Shown: positions 1 through 9,688 of the stretch, one piece after another
How the letters are laid out: the number at the start of each line of letters is the position of its first letter
Position numbering within the stretch: position 1 is the stretch's first letter
Source: Ignavibacteriota bacterium
Lineage (GTDB): Bacteria; Bacteroidota; Ignavibacteria; Palsa-1295
Direction of reading: 5' to 3'
Length of the DNA stretch: 64,000 nt
NCBI GenBank assembly: GCA_963787835.1
Contig: CAWBEI010000002.1
Location: forward strand, 1,152,001 to 1,216,000
Program-made: the position numbers and the translations under genes
Notes under the pieces: generated by a model
What the model was told of the DNA's origin: nothing
Seen by the model: the letters and a program-made list of their open reading frames with translations, nothing else
Database searches by the model: none

Positions 1-267
1 ATCGAGAAGCAAAGGCGCGAGCTCCATCGCCTCGCCATGTGGAAGCGCGAGAAAACAAACATCGGCATCGATCTTCTCGGCGTTGGAGAATTCTTCAAAA
101 ACGACGTCCTCATCATCCCACGCATGAACGCTGCTGACGGCTGCTCCGGCGAAGCTTTTCGCAAACACCTGCCCAAGCTGTACGTGCGGGTGCCGCGCCA
201 GCAAACGCATCAGTTCGCCGCCTGCATAGCCCGAAGCCCCAAAGACTGCCGTTCGTATCTGTTTCAC
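1..267 (-). CDS. argC: N-acetyl-gamma-glutamyl-phosphate reductase (5' part, runs off window)
   Basis: Manual translation from GTG at 267: MKQIRTAVFGASGYAGGELMRLLARHPHV...DVCFLALPHG, the ArgC N-terminal Rossmann signature; absent from the ORF track. Confidence 0.92.
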   Translation of the reverse strand, partial: MKQIRTAVFGASGYAGGELMRLLARHPHVQLGQVFAKSFAGAAVSSVHAWDDEDVVFEEFSNAEKIDADVCFLALPHGEAMELAPLLLD

Positions 268-302
268 AGGAGAAAAGCATTAACAAAGGATTATGCAGAA
301 AG

Positions 303-318
303 TTGCATAATTATGCAA
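303..318. promoter_or_regulatory. Putative ARG box (ArgR operator)
   Basis: Perfect palindrome TTGCATAATTATGCAA ~36 bp upstream of argC; a further ATTATGCA half-site at ~290. Confidence 0.65.
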
Positions 319-380
319 TCGTAAACAAGATTTAATGTACGCATCATATTACCGTTGTATTTTTGTTCTTTTACGAACCT

Positions 381-1013
381 ATGACTAAAAGACAATTCGT
401 CGTTCTGGCATTCCGGCTGTTCGCGCTGTATTTGCTCATTAATTTCATTTCAAACTTCGGATATCTCATCGGTTTTGCTTCACACTCAGACGACATTACT
501 CCCTATCTCACAACGTTATTCACGATATTTGCGACACTAACTCTCATCACATTTTTATGGCGAAGAAGCGAATGGTTGATGGAGAAAGTTTTTGCAATTC
601 CGGCTCTATCCGATAAAACGATCACGGTCGAGCTATTGCCCGGCTCGACTGATGATGTTGAGAACATATCAGAGGATTCTCCAATGTCGTTCGAGATCAT
701 GGATTATTATGAGACTCCAATTTCAAAGGAGAGCATAGAATCTATTGCTTTCAGCCTAATTGGCGCCTGGGCAATTTTCAACTATTTACCGAGGTTTATG
801 AGTTGGGTGGAATTTATTATTCAATTGATTCGGGGAAACCCTAATGTGACGGGCCTATTCAGCGTTGAAAGGGTTTCCATAGATTTTTTTAGTGGTATTA
901 TTCAAGTCGGGCTCGGCATCTGGCTCTTTCTTCGTCCCTGGCAATTTCAGGGATGGATCGAGAAGTTTAAACCGAAAGAGGATACGGAGGAACAAGGAGA
1001 AAGGCCCGCTTAG
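381..1013 (+). CDS. Hypothetical membrane protein (about 4 TM segments)
   Basis: Hydrophobic helices flanking an acidic loop; ATG at 381. Confidence 0.6.
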   Translation: MTKRQFVVLAFRLFALYLLINFISNFGYLIGFASHSDDITPYLTTLFTIFATLTLITFLWRRSEWLMEKVFAIPALSDKTITVELLPGSTDDVENISEDSPMSFEIMDYYETPISKESIESIAFSLIGAWAIFNYLPRFMSWVEFIIQLIRGNPNVTGLFSVERVSIDFFSGIIQVGLGIWLFLRPWQFQGWIEKFKPKEDTEEQGERPA

Positions 1014-1016
1014 AAC

Positions 1017-1142
1017 GTCATTGCGAGAAGGAATTGCGAAGCGGAGCGGAGCAATTCCGACGAAGCAATCTCTTCGATTTAGGGCTGAGATTGCTTCGTC
1101 AAATCGAAATCCCTTCGGTCGTTCGATTCTCCTCGCAATGAC
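1017..1142. repeat. Long palindromic REP/RPE-like element (GTCATTGCGAG...CTCGCAATGAC)
   Basis: Terminal inverted repeat plus inner GACGAAGCAATCTC/GAGATTGCTTCGTC pair, between convergent genes. Confidence 0.85.
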
Positions 1143-1149
1143 CATATGA

Positions 1150-2325
1150 TTAAACGGTAATTACTCGCACGTTCGCGGCAGCATCTTTTGCTCGCTCTCT
1201 CAAAACACTCGTCGGAGTTCCCAGTTTATCGCTGGCAAGCGCAACGCCCATTCTGCGGTACTTGCGCGTGGTGGGTTTACCGAAAATGCGAACTTCTATA
1301 CCGGGAACATAAAGTGCATCGGCAATGCCTTCGTAACTTGGCTCGTTAGGTGATTCTTCAGGCGCGAGAATAACGGCGCTTGCGCCGGCCCGTTCGAGCG
1401 TTATAGCGGGAATCGGCAAGCCAAGCACCGCGCGAACGTGAAGCTCGAATTCTGTGAAGTTTTGCGATCCGCTCATGGTAACCATTCCGGTATCGTGCGG
1501 ACGCGGTGAAAGCTCTGAGAAATAAACGCCGTCTTTGTTGGATAAAAAGAATTCCACGCCCCAAATGCCAAATCCTGTCAGCGATTTTGTGACGGCTCCT
1601 GCCATGCACTGCGCTTCGGCAAGATGTTCCGAGCTGATCTCAGCAGGCTGCCAGCTTTCCATGTAATCGCCGCGCTCCTGCCGGTGGCCGATAGGGGGAC
1701 AGAATAGCGTTTCGCCATTTCGCTGCGTTACTGTGAGCAAGGTAATTTCAGAATCGAACGAAATAAATTCCTCGACGATCACCTTGCCGACTTTGGCTCG
1801 GCTTTTCGTCATTGCAATTTCCCATGCGTGTTCGATCTCGCTCGCGTTGCGAATGTATGATTGTCCCTTGCCGGAGGATGACATAAGGGGCTTAACCACA
1901 CATGGAATACCGATCTTCGCAATAGCATCTCGAAATTCTTCTATGGTTTTGGCATATTCATACCGCGCTGTTTTCAGTCCTAACTCTTTCGAAGCCAGAT
2001 CGCGAATGGCTTTGCGGTTCATGGTGAAGTTTGCCGCTCGCGCGCTGGGAATTACTTGGGTGCCTTGTTCTTCGTAATCGTAAAACCGCTCGGTACGAAT
2101 TGCTTCGATCTCAGGCACAATAATATCCGGCTTATGCTTTTGCACGATGCGGTCGAGATCGTCGCCAGAGAGCATATCGATAACTTCGCGCTCCTCAGTC
2201 ACTTGCATGGCGGGTGCGCCATCGTAGGAATCAACGGCGATGACGCGGTGACCGTATCGCTTCACTGCAATGATAAATTCTTTCCCGAGTTCGCCGGAGC
2301 CGAGGAGGAGAATGGTCTTTTTCAT
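1150..2325 (-). CDS. purT: Formate-dependent phosphoribosylglycinamide formyltransferase
   Basis: [41 protein letters not shown] motifs; start set at MKKTILL. Confidence 0.95.
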   Translation of the reverse strand: MKKTILLLGSGELGKEFIIAVKRYGHRVIAVDSYDGAPAMQVTEEREVIDMLSGDDLDRIVQKHKPDIIVPEIEAIRTERFYDYEEQGTQVIPSARAANFTMNRKAIRDLASKELGLKTARYEYAKTIEEFRDAIAKIGIPCVVKPLMSSSGKGQSYIRNASEIEHAWEIAMTKSRAKVGKVIVEEFISFDSEITLLTVTQRNGETLFCPPIGHRQERGDYMESWQPAEISSEHLAEAQCMAGAVTKSLTGFGIWGVEFFLSNKDGVYFSELSPRPHDTGMVTMSGSQNFTEFELHVRAVLGLPIPAITLERAGASAVILAPEESPNEPSYEGIADALYVPGIEVRIFGKPTTRKYRRMGVALASDKLGTPTSVLRERAKDAAANVRVITV

Positions 2326-2936
2326 TTCGTGCGCTTCTTGCTGTGCTTTAGGCATTCCTCGTAACGAAAGCAATCGGTAGTGTGGTCGTTCACCATCCCA
2401 ACAGCTTGCATGAACGCATAGATGATCGTTGGTCCGACAAACCGGAATCCTTCCGCTTTCAGCGCTTTGCTCATTGCTTGGGATTCTTTCGTTTCTGCGG
2501 GAATTTGTTTGCCGGTCTTCCATTTATTGACGATAGTCTTCCCATCCACGAATTGCCAGAGAAATTCATCGAACGATTCGTCGCGCTCTCGCAGCGCGAG
2601 ATACGCTTTTGCATTTGAGATCGCAGATTCGATCTTTAGCTTGTTGCGGATGATTCCGGCATCGTTCATCAACCGATCAATATCGCGCTTGCCATAACGC
2701 GCCATTTTTTCCGCGTCGAAGTTATGAAATGCTTTCAGGTAACCTTCACGCTTGCGGAGAATGGTTACCCAGCTCAGTCCCGCCTGTGCGCCATCGAGAA
2801 TAAGTTTGGCAAAGAGCTTGTCATCATCATGTTCGGGAACACCCCATTCGGTGTCATGATAAACAGCCATCAGCGGTTCCTTTTGCAAAGAAGCCCAGGC
2901 GCAACGAACGATCTCATTCGTATTCTTTGATCCCAT
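2322..2936 (-). CDS. tag: DNA-3-methyladenine glycosylase I
   Basis: RCAW...[36 protein letters not shown]. Confidence 0.95.
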   Translation of the reverse strand: MGSKNTNEIVRCAWASLQKEPLMAVYHDTEWGVPEHDDDKLFAKLILDGAQAGLSWVTILRKREGYLKAFHNFDAEKMARYGKRDIDRLMNDAGIIRNKLKIESAISNAKAYLALRERDESFDEFLWQFVDGKTIVNKWKTGKQIPAETKESQAMSKALKAEGFRFVGPTIIYAFMQAVGMVNDHTTDCFRYEECLKHSKKRTK

Positions 2937-2939
2937 AAA

Positions 2940-3770
2940 CTACTTCTTTTCCAGCACGGCAATAATATGCGTTCCACCATCGAGCGCGCCGGGCTGACGA
3001 CTCGCTTCTAATTCGACGCTCAGAAATGCATTCCAGAATTCCGAATCCAACCAGCGATCATCAAGCACATTTTCGCGAGCGTATGCAAGAAAGTTTGACG
3101 CACTCATCTCAAGCACAGCACAAGACTGCTTTTCAAGCATTGCCTTCAGCTCTGAGACTAAAAACAGTCTGCACCTATGCCCTGTCGCACTATACTTCTC
3201 ATCCAATAAACCGGTCTTGAAGGGGTCTTCCAAAGCCCAAAATCCCTTGGTGTCAACCAACGAGATCACATCAGGGAAAAGATGCCTCAATGAGCCCAAC
3301 CGAGACATCACGCTGAATAAAACAAGGCCGCCGCTTTTCGTGACTCGCAAACATTCCCTGATGGCATCGTCGGCGTGGTCAAGCGCGTAACTAATTGGGC
3401 CACCATAAGCGACTACGGCATCGAAGCTATTGTCTGCAAATCGCGAAAGGTTGGTGATGTCACATTGTACACGCTCACGAACGCTTGGTTCGCATCCTGC
3501 TTCTGAAACATTGTGTTTGTTGAAATCGAGTTGGACGGTCGAAATGTCGGCAACAGTTATCGACGCTTCAATCCTTGCTAATTCAATCGTAAAACGACCG
3601 GGGCCTGCGCCAATGTCAAGCACAATATCACCGGGCTTGATATACTTCTGCAAATAATGGAGATGAATTGCAAGACCAACACGCGCTGCTGCATTGCGCT
3701 CGAACCGAAGCCACTCGCGCTCGCCATAGGCATCGTAAAATGCTTCCGTGTGGGCGCGATCGTACTTCAT
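2940..3770 (-). CDS. Class I SAM-dependent methyltransferase
   Basis: VLDIGAGPG motif I, FADNSFDAVV. Confidence 0.85.
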   Translation of the reverse strand: MKYDRAHTEAFYDAYGEREWLRFERNAAARVGLAIHLHYLQKYIKPGDIVLDIGAGPGRFTIELARIEASITVADISTVQLDFNKHNVSEAGCEPSVRERVQCDITNLSRFADNSFDAVVAYGGPISYALDHADDAIRECLRVTKSGGLVLFSVMSRLGSLRHLFPDVISLVDTKGFWALEDPFKTGLLDEKYSATGHRCRLFLVSELKAMLEKQSCAVLEMSASNFLAYARENVLDDRWLDSEFWNAFLSVELEASRQPGALDGGTHIIAVLEKK

Positions 3771-3771
3771 T

Positions 3772-5190
3772 TTACGCCGCGACCAACTCCCTGAGTTTCG
3801 TTACCAGCATATCGACATTCTTCTTCGCATCGCCGAAGAGCATGCGGGTATTCTCTTTATAAAAGAGGGGATTATCAATTCCAGCATAACCGGATGCCAT
3901 CGAGCGTTTCATCACGACTGCGGTTTTTGCTTTCCACACTTCGAGCACGGGCATTCCTGCGATGGGACTGGTGGGATCTTCGAGCGCAGCGGGGTTTACG
4001 ATATCGTTAGCGCCAATGACCATTGCCACATCGGTCTCCGGGAAATCCTCGTTGATCTCATCCATCTCGAAAACAATATCATAGGGAACATTTGCTTCGG
4101 CAAGGAGCACGTTCATGTGTCCGGGCAATCTACCTGCAACGGGATGGATGCCAAAGCGGACATTCACGCCTTTATCCCGCAGGATCTTCACCATTTCTGC
4201 GAGCGAGTGCTGTGCTTGCGCAACGGCTACGCCATATCCAGGAACGATGATGACACTTTTCGCGTCGCTGAGCATTTCCGCAACTTCATCGTTAGTGGTT
4301 GCAGTCACCTCGCCTTGCGGCTGCGCACCGGCGGCGGGTGATACGCCTTCCGCTGTTCCAAAGCCGCCGAGGATGACGCTGATGAACGAGCGGTTCATAG
4401 CCTTGCACATGATGAAGCTAAGGATCGCACCGGAACTTCCAACCAGAGCGCCTGTCACAATAAGCAGATCGTTCGAGAGCATGAATCCCGCTGCTGCGGC
4501 CGCCCAGCCCGAGTAACTATTCAGCATGGAGACCACAACCGGCATATCCGCACCGCCAATGGCCATGACGAGATGTACGCCGATCACGCACGCGATGGCC
4601 GTCATGATAATCAGCGGCATCATTCCAGCATGTGCCGCATCTTGCGGAGCAGACATGAACACTACGCCCAAAATGATGACTGCAACGATCATTGCAAGAT
4701 TCAGTAAATGTCTCCCGGGGAGTGTAAGCGGCTTGCCGGAAATTTTACCGTTCAGTTTACCGAATGCAATCACGGAGCCTGTAAAGGTGATTGCCCCGAT
4801 GAAGATGCCGACGTAAATTTCGAGTTGATGGATCGTCTCTTCCGAACCCGCAAGCGTGGAACCACCGCCGAGATAATTACTGAATCCAACCAGCACCGCC
4901 GCTGCGCCCACGAAGCTGTGAAGCATTGCGACAAGTTCCGGCATAGAAGTCATTGCAACACGCGAGGCAAGAAAGCTCCCGATGATCGCGCCAGGAATAA
5001 GAGCGCCTATCAGCGGAACGTATCCATTGACAGGAATCAGCACGGCCGTTGCAATGAGCGCCAGCGCCATGCCGATCATGCCGAAGAGATTACCGCGGCG
5101 GGAAGTCGCGTGCTGAGATAGCCCGCTCAAGCTCAATATAAAAAGAGCTATTGCGGCGATGTAACTGGTAGTTGCGAAAGAATTACCCAT
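3772..5190 (-). CDS. pntB: NAD(P) transhydrogenase subunit beta
   Basis: [36 protein letters not shown]. Confidence 0.97.
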   Translation of the reverse strand: MGNSFATTSYIAAIALFILSLSGLSQHATSRRGNLFGMIGMALALIATAVLIPVNGYVPLIGALIPGAIIGSFLASRVAMTSMPELVAMLHSFVGAAAVLVGFSNYLGGGSTLAGSEETIHQLEIYVGIFIGAITFTGSVIAFGKLNGKISGKPLTLPGRHLLNLAMIVAVIILGVVFMSAPQDAAHAGMMPLIIMTAIACVIGVHLVMAIGGADMPVVVSMLNSYSGWAAAAAGFMLSNDLLIVTGALVGSSGAILSFIMCKAMNRSFISVILGGFGTAEGVSPAAGAQPQGEVTATTNDEVAEMLSDAKSVIIVPGYGVAVAQAQHSLAEMVKILRDKGVNVRFGIHPVAGRLPGHMNVLLAEANVPYDIVFEMDEINEDFPETDVAMVIGANDIVNPAALEDPTSPIAGMPVLEVWKAKTAVVMKRSMASGYAGIDNPLFYKENTRMLFGDAKKNVDMLVTKLRELVAA

Positions 5191-5222
5191 TAGTGGATAG
5201 TGGAAAAGTGGATAGTGGATAA
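5191..5222. repeat. Heptamer array (TAGTGGA)n, downstream flank of four-helix-bundle gene
   Basis: TAGTGGA TAGTGGA AAAGTGGA TAGTGGA TAA; inverted partner at 5623-5657. Confidence 0.8.
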
Positions 5223-5229
5223 CAGAGAG

Positions 5230-5592
5230 TTAGTGCTCGTATTCGTTTGCCTTTGCGGTCTTGATGGAAGCGGTTAAGAGCCGAAGTAATTCTTCACAAT
5301 CTTTAAGTAATGAGTCGGCTTCCTCCGGTTTGAGTACATCGCCTTCTTTGAAGAGTCGAATCCAATAGTGCGTTTCGAATGCTTCCTTGTTAGCAATACT
5401 AAGTTTATGAATAAAATCTGCGCGCGATTCGGCTTGAGATGCTTCTTCAACATTAGCTCCGATGGATGTTCCGGATCGGTAAATTTGCCTCGTGAGCGTG
5501 AACTCTCTTTTTAACTCAACAAAGTGTTTGTGAAGTCTCAGGATCCTGACTGCGAATCGAAAAGATTTTTCCCGCAAAATACTTTCTGACAT
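5230..5592 (-). CDS. Four helix bundle protein (23S rRNA IVP / TIGR02436-like)
   Basis: KSFRFAVRI...QIYRSGTSIGANVEEA..AESRADFIHKLSIANKEAFETHYW. Confidence 0.92.
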   Translation of the reverse strand: MSESILREKSFRFAVRILRLHKHFVELKREFTLTRQIYRSGTSIGANVEEASQAESRADFIHKLSIANKEAFETHYWIRLFKEGDVLKPEEADSLLKDCEELLRLLTASIKTAKANEYEH

Positions 5593-5622
5593 ATTATCTC
5601 CAAAACTTAATTATTTTTCTTT

Positions 5623-5657
5623 GCACTATCCGTTATCCACTATTAAACTATCCGTTA
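5623..5657. repeat. Heptamer array (TATCCAC/TATCCGT)n, upstream flank of four-helix-bundle gene
   Basis: CACTATCCGTTATCCACTATTAAACTATCCGTTA; includes the pntA stop codon. Confidence 0.75.
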
Positions 5658-7295
5658 CTTACGGAACATCTTCAGCATGCGCTGCGTGACGAGGAACCCA
5701 CCAAAGATATTGATGCTCGCCAAAAACACCGCGATAATACTTAGCGTCAATACGATGGTAGGAATGTTACCGCCCAATTGTAGCATACCACCGATAATGA
5801 TGATGCCGGAGATCGCATTTGTTACGCTCATGAGCGGAGTGTGCAACGCAGGTGTTACATTCCAGATCACTTGCCATCCCAAAAACACGGCAAGTACAAA
5901 CACGGTGAAATGCTGTAGGAATGATGTTGGCGCACCGAGCGCAAGTCCGAGAAATACAAGCGTAGCAATAGCGAGCGGAATCACTTTTGCAGCTGCCGAT
6001 TTCGGTTTTGGCTCTTTCTTTACTGTAGCGACTGCAGCGGGCTTTGCAACAGGCGCAGGGGCTGCCTTCGGTTTCGGAGGCGGCCACATCACATTGCCAT
6101 TTTGGGTAATGAGCGCACCGCGCACGACTTCATCTTCAAGATCGATATGATATTTCTCCGAGCCGCCCATATCATCGAGCAGATGGTAGAGGTTCATGCC
6201 ATAAAGCTGGCTGGCTTGCGATGCCATGCGGCTTGGAAGATCGGTGTAACCTACGATCGAAACGCCATTGTGCAATGCAACCTTGCCGGGCTGCGTCATC
6301 TCGCAGTTCCCGCCGTTCTCGGCGGCAAGATCGACGATAACGGAACCTTCCCGCATCGCTTCGACCATTTCACGCGTAATTAATTTTGGCGCTGGCTTGC
6401 CGGGGATAAGCGCAGTAGTGACGATGATGTCAACCTCTTTCGCCTGTTTCATGAAAAGCTCCATCTCCGCTTTTATGAATTCCGGGCTGACCTCTTTTGC
6501 ATATCCGCCTTCGCCTTCGCCGCTCTCGTTGATCTTCACTTCGAGGAATTCAGCGCCCATGCTTTGAATTTGCTCTTTTACGGCAGGACGCACATCAAAC
6601 GCGCGAACGATCGCTCCGAGGGATTTCCCCGCGCCGATCGCTGCAAGTCCGGCAACCCCGGCGCCAATGACGAGAATCTTGGCTGGTGGAATTTTACCTG
6701 CGGCGGTAATTTGTCCAGTAAAAAATCGTGGGAAAAGATTTGCGGCTTCGATGATCGCGCGATAACCGGCGATGTTGGCCATCGAAGAAAGTGCGTCCTC
6801 TTTTTGTGCGCGTGAGATACGCGGAACCGCATCGATCGCAATTACATTGGCATTTCGAGCAGCCAATTTCTTGACAAGCTCGGCATTTTGCGCAGGCGCA
6901 ATGAAAGAAATAAGTGTTTTGCCTGGAGAAAGAAGATCGGCCTCGTGGAGTCCGAGGGATGAATTTTGTTCTGGAGCACGGACTTTCAGAATGATGTCAG
7001 CACTCGCCCAAAGCTCGCGGGCATCCTTGGCCATGCGGCAATCGGCTTCGACATATCGGGCATCCGGGAAATCAGCCATTTCACCCGCTCCGTGCTCGAT
7101 AAGAACTGAAAAGCCCAGTTTTTGCAGTTTCCGGGCCGTATCCGGCGTTGCAGCAACGCGGCGTTCGCCAGCATGAATTTCTTTCGGAATTCCAATGAGG
7201 AGTTTGCGGGGCTGTTGGCCATCCGAATTCATCGGAGTCCCGCCTTGGGCTGTAGATACCGGGGGTGGAGGCATCATCGTTTGAGTATCTGTCAT
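5655..7295 (-). CDS. pntA: NAD(P) transhydrogenase subunit alpha (fused dI + membrane part)
   Basis: [42 protein letters not shown]; start uncertain (7295 or 7232). Confidence 0.95.
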   Translation of the reverse strand: MTDTQTMMPPPPVSTAQGGTPMNSDGQQPRKLLIGIPKEIHAGERRVAATPDTARKLQKLGFSVLIEHGAGEMADFPDARYVEADCRMAKDARELWASADIILKVRAPEQNSSLGLHEADLLSPGKTLISFIAPAQNAELVKKLAARNANVIAIDAVPRISRAQKEDALSSMANIAGYRAIIEAANLFPRFFTGQITAAGKIPPAKILVIGAGVAGLAAIGAGKSLGAIVRAFDVRPAVKEQIQSMGAEFLEVKINESGEGEGGYAKEVSPEFIKAEMELFMKQAKEVDIIVTTALIPGKPAPKLITREMVEAMREGSVIVDLAAENGGNCEMTQPGKVALHNGVSIVGYTDLPSRMASQASQLYGMNLYHLLDDMGGSEKYHIDLEDEVVRGALITQNGNVMWPPPKPKAAPAPVAKPAAVATVKKEPKPKSAAAKVIPLAIATLVFLGLALGAPTSFLQHFTVFVLAVFLGWQVIWNVTPALHTPLMSVTNAISGIIIIGGMLQLGGNIPTIVLTLSIIAVFLASINIFGGFLVTQRMLKMFRK

Positions 7296-7353
7296 AGATT
7301 GAGTTATTTCGGCGCACCAAACGAGCAAAGGGGCAAAATGGTTAAATTTTGTT

Positions 7354-7429
7354 GTAGGCGTGACCTTCAGGTCACGGCGAATTCAGACTTCGCTGTTTTA
7401 ATTCACCGTGACCTGAAGGTCACGGCTAC
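7354..7429. repeat. GTAG-type REP doublet (REPIN-like)
   Basis: GTAGGCGTGACCTTCAGGTCACGG ... CCGTGACCTGAAGGTCACGGCTAC; right arm lies in the last codons of the DUF971 gene. Confidence 0.85.
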
Positions 7430-7739
7430 GAACGCATTCCTCGCACGGGCAGATCATTCGAAGATAATCCCAGGAGTAAATACCGGTGTTATGGCCATCT
7501 TTCCACGAAGCCTGGACGCCATAGCCGCCCGTTGGCACAAGCGCAGTGAGTTCATTCATTCCGGGTGTGAACATTGGGAGCTTTGCCGGAGCATAGACCG
7601 TCCCGAAAATTACTTCGCCTTTGCATGCCGCGCAGGGGCATTCCTGACGCAGATACGCGAGAGGATAGCGCGAGATATGGCCATCGTCCCAATGGACGAC
7701 CAAGTCGGTATGTTCTCGCTTGATATTTAGTGCTCTCAT
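7398..7739 (-). CDS. DUF971 / gamma-butyrobetaine hydroxylase-like N-terminal protein
   Basis: WDDGH...LRQECPCAAC...GGYG...WKDGHNTGIYSWDYL. Confidence 0.85.
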   Translation of the reverse strand: MRALNIKREHTDLVVHWDDGHISRYPLAYLRQECPCAACKGEVIFGTVYAPAKLPMFTPGMNELTALVPTGGYGVQASWKDGHNTGIYSWDYLRMICPCEECVRSRDLQVTVN

Positions 7740-7804
7740 TGGGTAGCCGTTGAAATAGGGAATGTTTTAGACCAATTTGCGCGAACAAACGATACTTTGC
7801 TCGA

Positions 7805-8485
7805 TCACGGCTGTGCACCTGGCATTGGTGTTTTCGTTTTGGTCATATCCATAACTCGGAACCCGTTCGGTGCTACAAATCGATTGGAATCGATCGGACT
7901 CACAGTATCGATGGACATCAGGCGAAGATCGTTCTCATGGCCATCGTAATTGTTCATTTTACCAACGGTCAAGCCTTTGTATTCAAAGATATAGGAAGGC
8001 TCTTCTGCCTGTTGCCAGATATGAGCTTTGAGGGTCACTCCACTCGCAACGATATTCGTATCCCCACGCAAGACAAAGCCACGCCGCGCAAAGAAGCTTC
8101 CGAACTGCTCATCGGGAGTGGGAACCTCATCTGGCGGTAAATGGAACAGGCTGTCGGTCGCTTTATCGATCAGTCGGATCGTCTGCAGTTTGACAGAATC
8201 GACGATCGTAACGGCGCTGATGTCGCGGAGGGTGTAGGCGATAGTTGGATGGAAGGCATCCTGCCCGATGACTTCGAAATGGGCGTAATGTACTTCACGG
8301 AGGCCGGAACTATCCTCGTAGAGATCTTCCGTTCCACGAGTATTACCGAAGTATTCAAGATGGAGCGCGGCGTGCTGCACTCCGAACGGATGATAATTAT
8401 TGCGTTCGCCGGGAGGAAGCTGGCGCGAACATCCTGCGGCGATACCGCACAAGAGAACAAACGAAAAAACTTTCCTATGACGCAT
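7805..8485 (-). CDS. Hypothetical lipoprotein
   Basis: Signal peptide with lipobox IAAGC. Confidence 0.65.
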   Translation of the reverse strand: MRHRKVFSFVLLCGIAAGCSRQLPPGERNNYHPFGVQHAALHLEYFGNTRGTEDLYEDSSGLREVHYAHFEVIGQDAFHPTIAYTLRDISAVTIVDSVKLQTIRLIDKATDSLFHLPPDEVPTPDEQFGSFFARRGFVLRGDTNIVASGVTLKAHIWQQAEEPSYIFEYKGLTVGKMNNYDGHENDLRLMSIDTVSPIDSNRFVAPNGFRVMDMTKTKTPMPGAQP

Positions 8486-8732
8486 TTTTTCTCCCTATGA
8501 TCATTCGATAGAGCAGCAGTAATATCACTGCTCCCATGATGGACATGATAAACCAGCTCACGCTTCCGGTGGTACTGATCTTCAGCTCGCGAGCAAGCGC
8601 ACCGCCAATAATGGAGCCCACAAGCCCGACGATCATCGTTACCACACAGCCGCCGGGTCCGCGGCCAGGAGTGAGAAATTTAGCTAATGCGCCAATAACG
8701 AGGCCTATGAAAGCGATCCAAATAAAGTGCAT
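8475..8732 (-). CDS. GlsB/YeaQ/YmgE family membrane protein
   Basis: IGLVIGALAKFLTPG...GLVGSIIGG...SIMGAVILL. Confidence 0.88.
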   Translation of the reverse strand: MHFIWIAFIGLVIGALAKFLTPGRGPGGCVVTMIVGLVGSIIGGALARELKISTTGSVSWFIMSIMGAVILLLLYRMIIGRKNAS

Positions 8733-8788
8733 GTCCAGTTATTTACGAGTAGCCAAGAACGACTGAGTGCCTCTGAAAGCTCCGCACC

Positions 8789-9688
8789 TCAACGAACGCA
8801 TAGCAGATTTGCTTCGGCGCTTCCGGAAAATTGTTGCAACAATTCGCTTTGCGTTGTTTGCTGCACGGTGTCCCGCTTTTCGTCGACGAGGCTCATGGTA
8901 AAGCCTGCACGATCGAGGAGATCCAGCATTTCGCTTGCGCCGTTTTGATGTCGTTCATCCAGGCCTGTATGCCAGAATTCTGTAAAAAGTGCGAGGTGTG
9001 AACTCGATGCGAGCAATGAGGACGCGCCATTCAACACATCAAGCTCGGCGCCCTGCACATCCATAATGATCGCGTCCGCAGGCGCGTGACCTTCAGAAAT
9101 GAATGAGTCGATCGTGGTAACATCGACCGTAACATGATCTCGAGTTGCGACGGATTGAAGTTGATGGTCTCCAGAATTCGTTTGGCTGAGCGAAAGCAAT
9201 GCCGTTCCTTTTGCATCCCCAACTGCCAACTGAAAAATTTCGACATTTGCTACCCCATTTTCAGATACGGTTCTTCTTAACAATTCGAAATTCTCCGGCG
9301 CAGGTTCGAACGCAAACACTTTGCCCAATGGTCCAACACACTCCGAAGCAAGGAGCGTGTAATACCCAAGATTTGCGCCAATATTATAAACGGTCATGCC
9401 GGGTTTGAGATGCTCTTTTACAAGCTTTGACTCATAAGGCTCATAGGCATGGTACATGATCAGTTGATGTGCCACGCCGCCATCCTCAGCACGAACGTAC
9501 ATGAATCGGTTCGGAAATCCTGGAACTGGTGCTTTTTGAATGCCGGTGATCCCGAATATCGGAAGGAGTTTATGAAGACGGAAGGAAAATTTGTGGTGGA
9601 AATTATTTATTCGAGTCGAGCGGTCGTAACCCCGGCCTGTGAGCAGGACAAGGAGGGTTCTCAATATTTCAAAAATGGCGCGGCGCAT
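8789..9688 (-). CDS. FkbM family methyltransferase
   Basis: NIGANLGYYT, VFAFEP, MDVQGAE..VL.GA. Confidence 0.88.
   Translation of the reverse strand: MRRAIFEILRTLLVLLTGRGYDRSTRINNFHHKFSFRLHKLLPIFGITGIQKAPVPGFPNRFMYVRAEDGGVAHQLIMYHAYEPYESKLVKEHLKPGMTVYNIGANLGYYTLLASECVGPLGKVFAFEPAPENFELLRRTVSENGVANVEIFQLAVGDAKGTALLSLSQTNSGDHQLQSVATRDHVTVDVTTIDSFISEGHAPADAIIMDVQGAELDVLNGASSLLASSSHLALFTEFWHTGLDERHQNGASEMLDLLDRAGFTMSLVDEKRDTVQQTTQSELLQQFSGSAEANLLCVR

Noticed and set aside
37-324. 95-aa plus-strand ORF
   Set aside because: Antisense shadow of argC
855-1149. Two overlapping ORFs on opposite strands
   Set aside because: They translate the palindromic repeat at 1017-1142
2326-2523. N-terminal extension of purT
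   Set aside because: Overlaps tag; homology starts at MKKTILL
5230-5592. Diversity-generating retroelement suggested by the Avd-like fold
   Set aside because: No reverse transcriptase or TR/VR pair seen in the window
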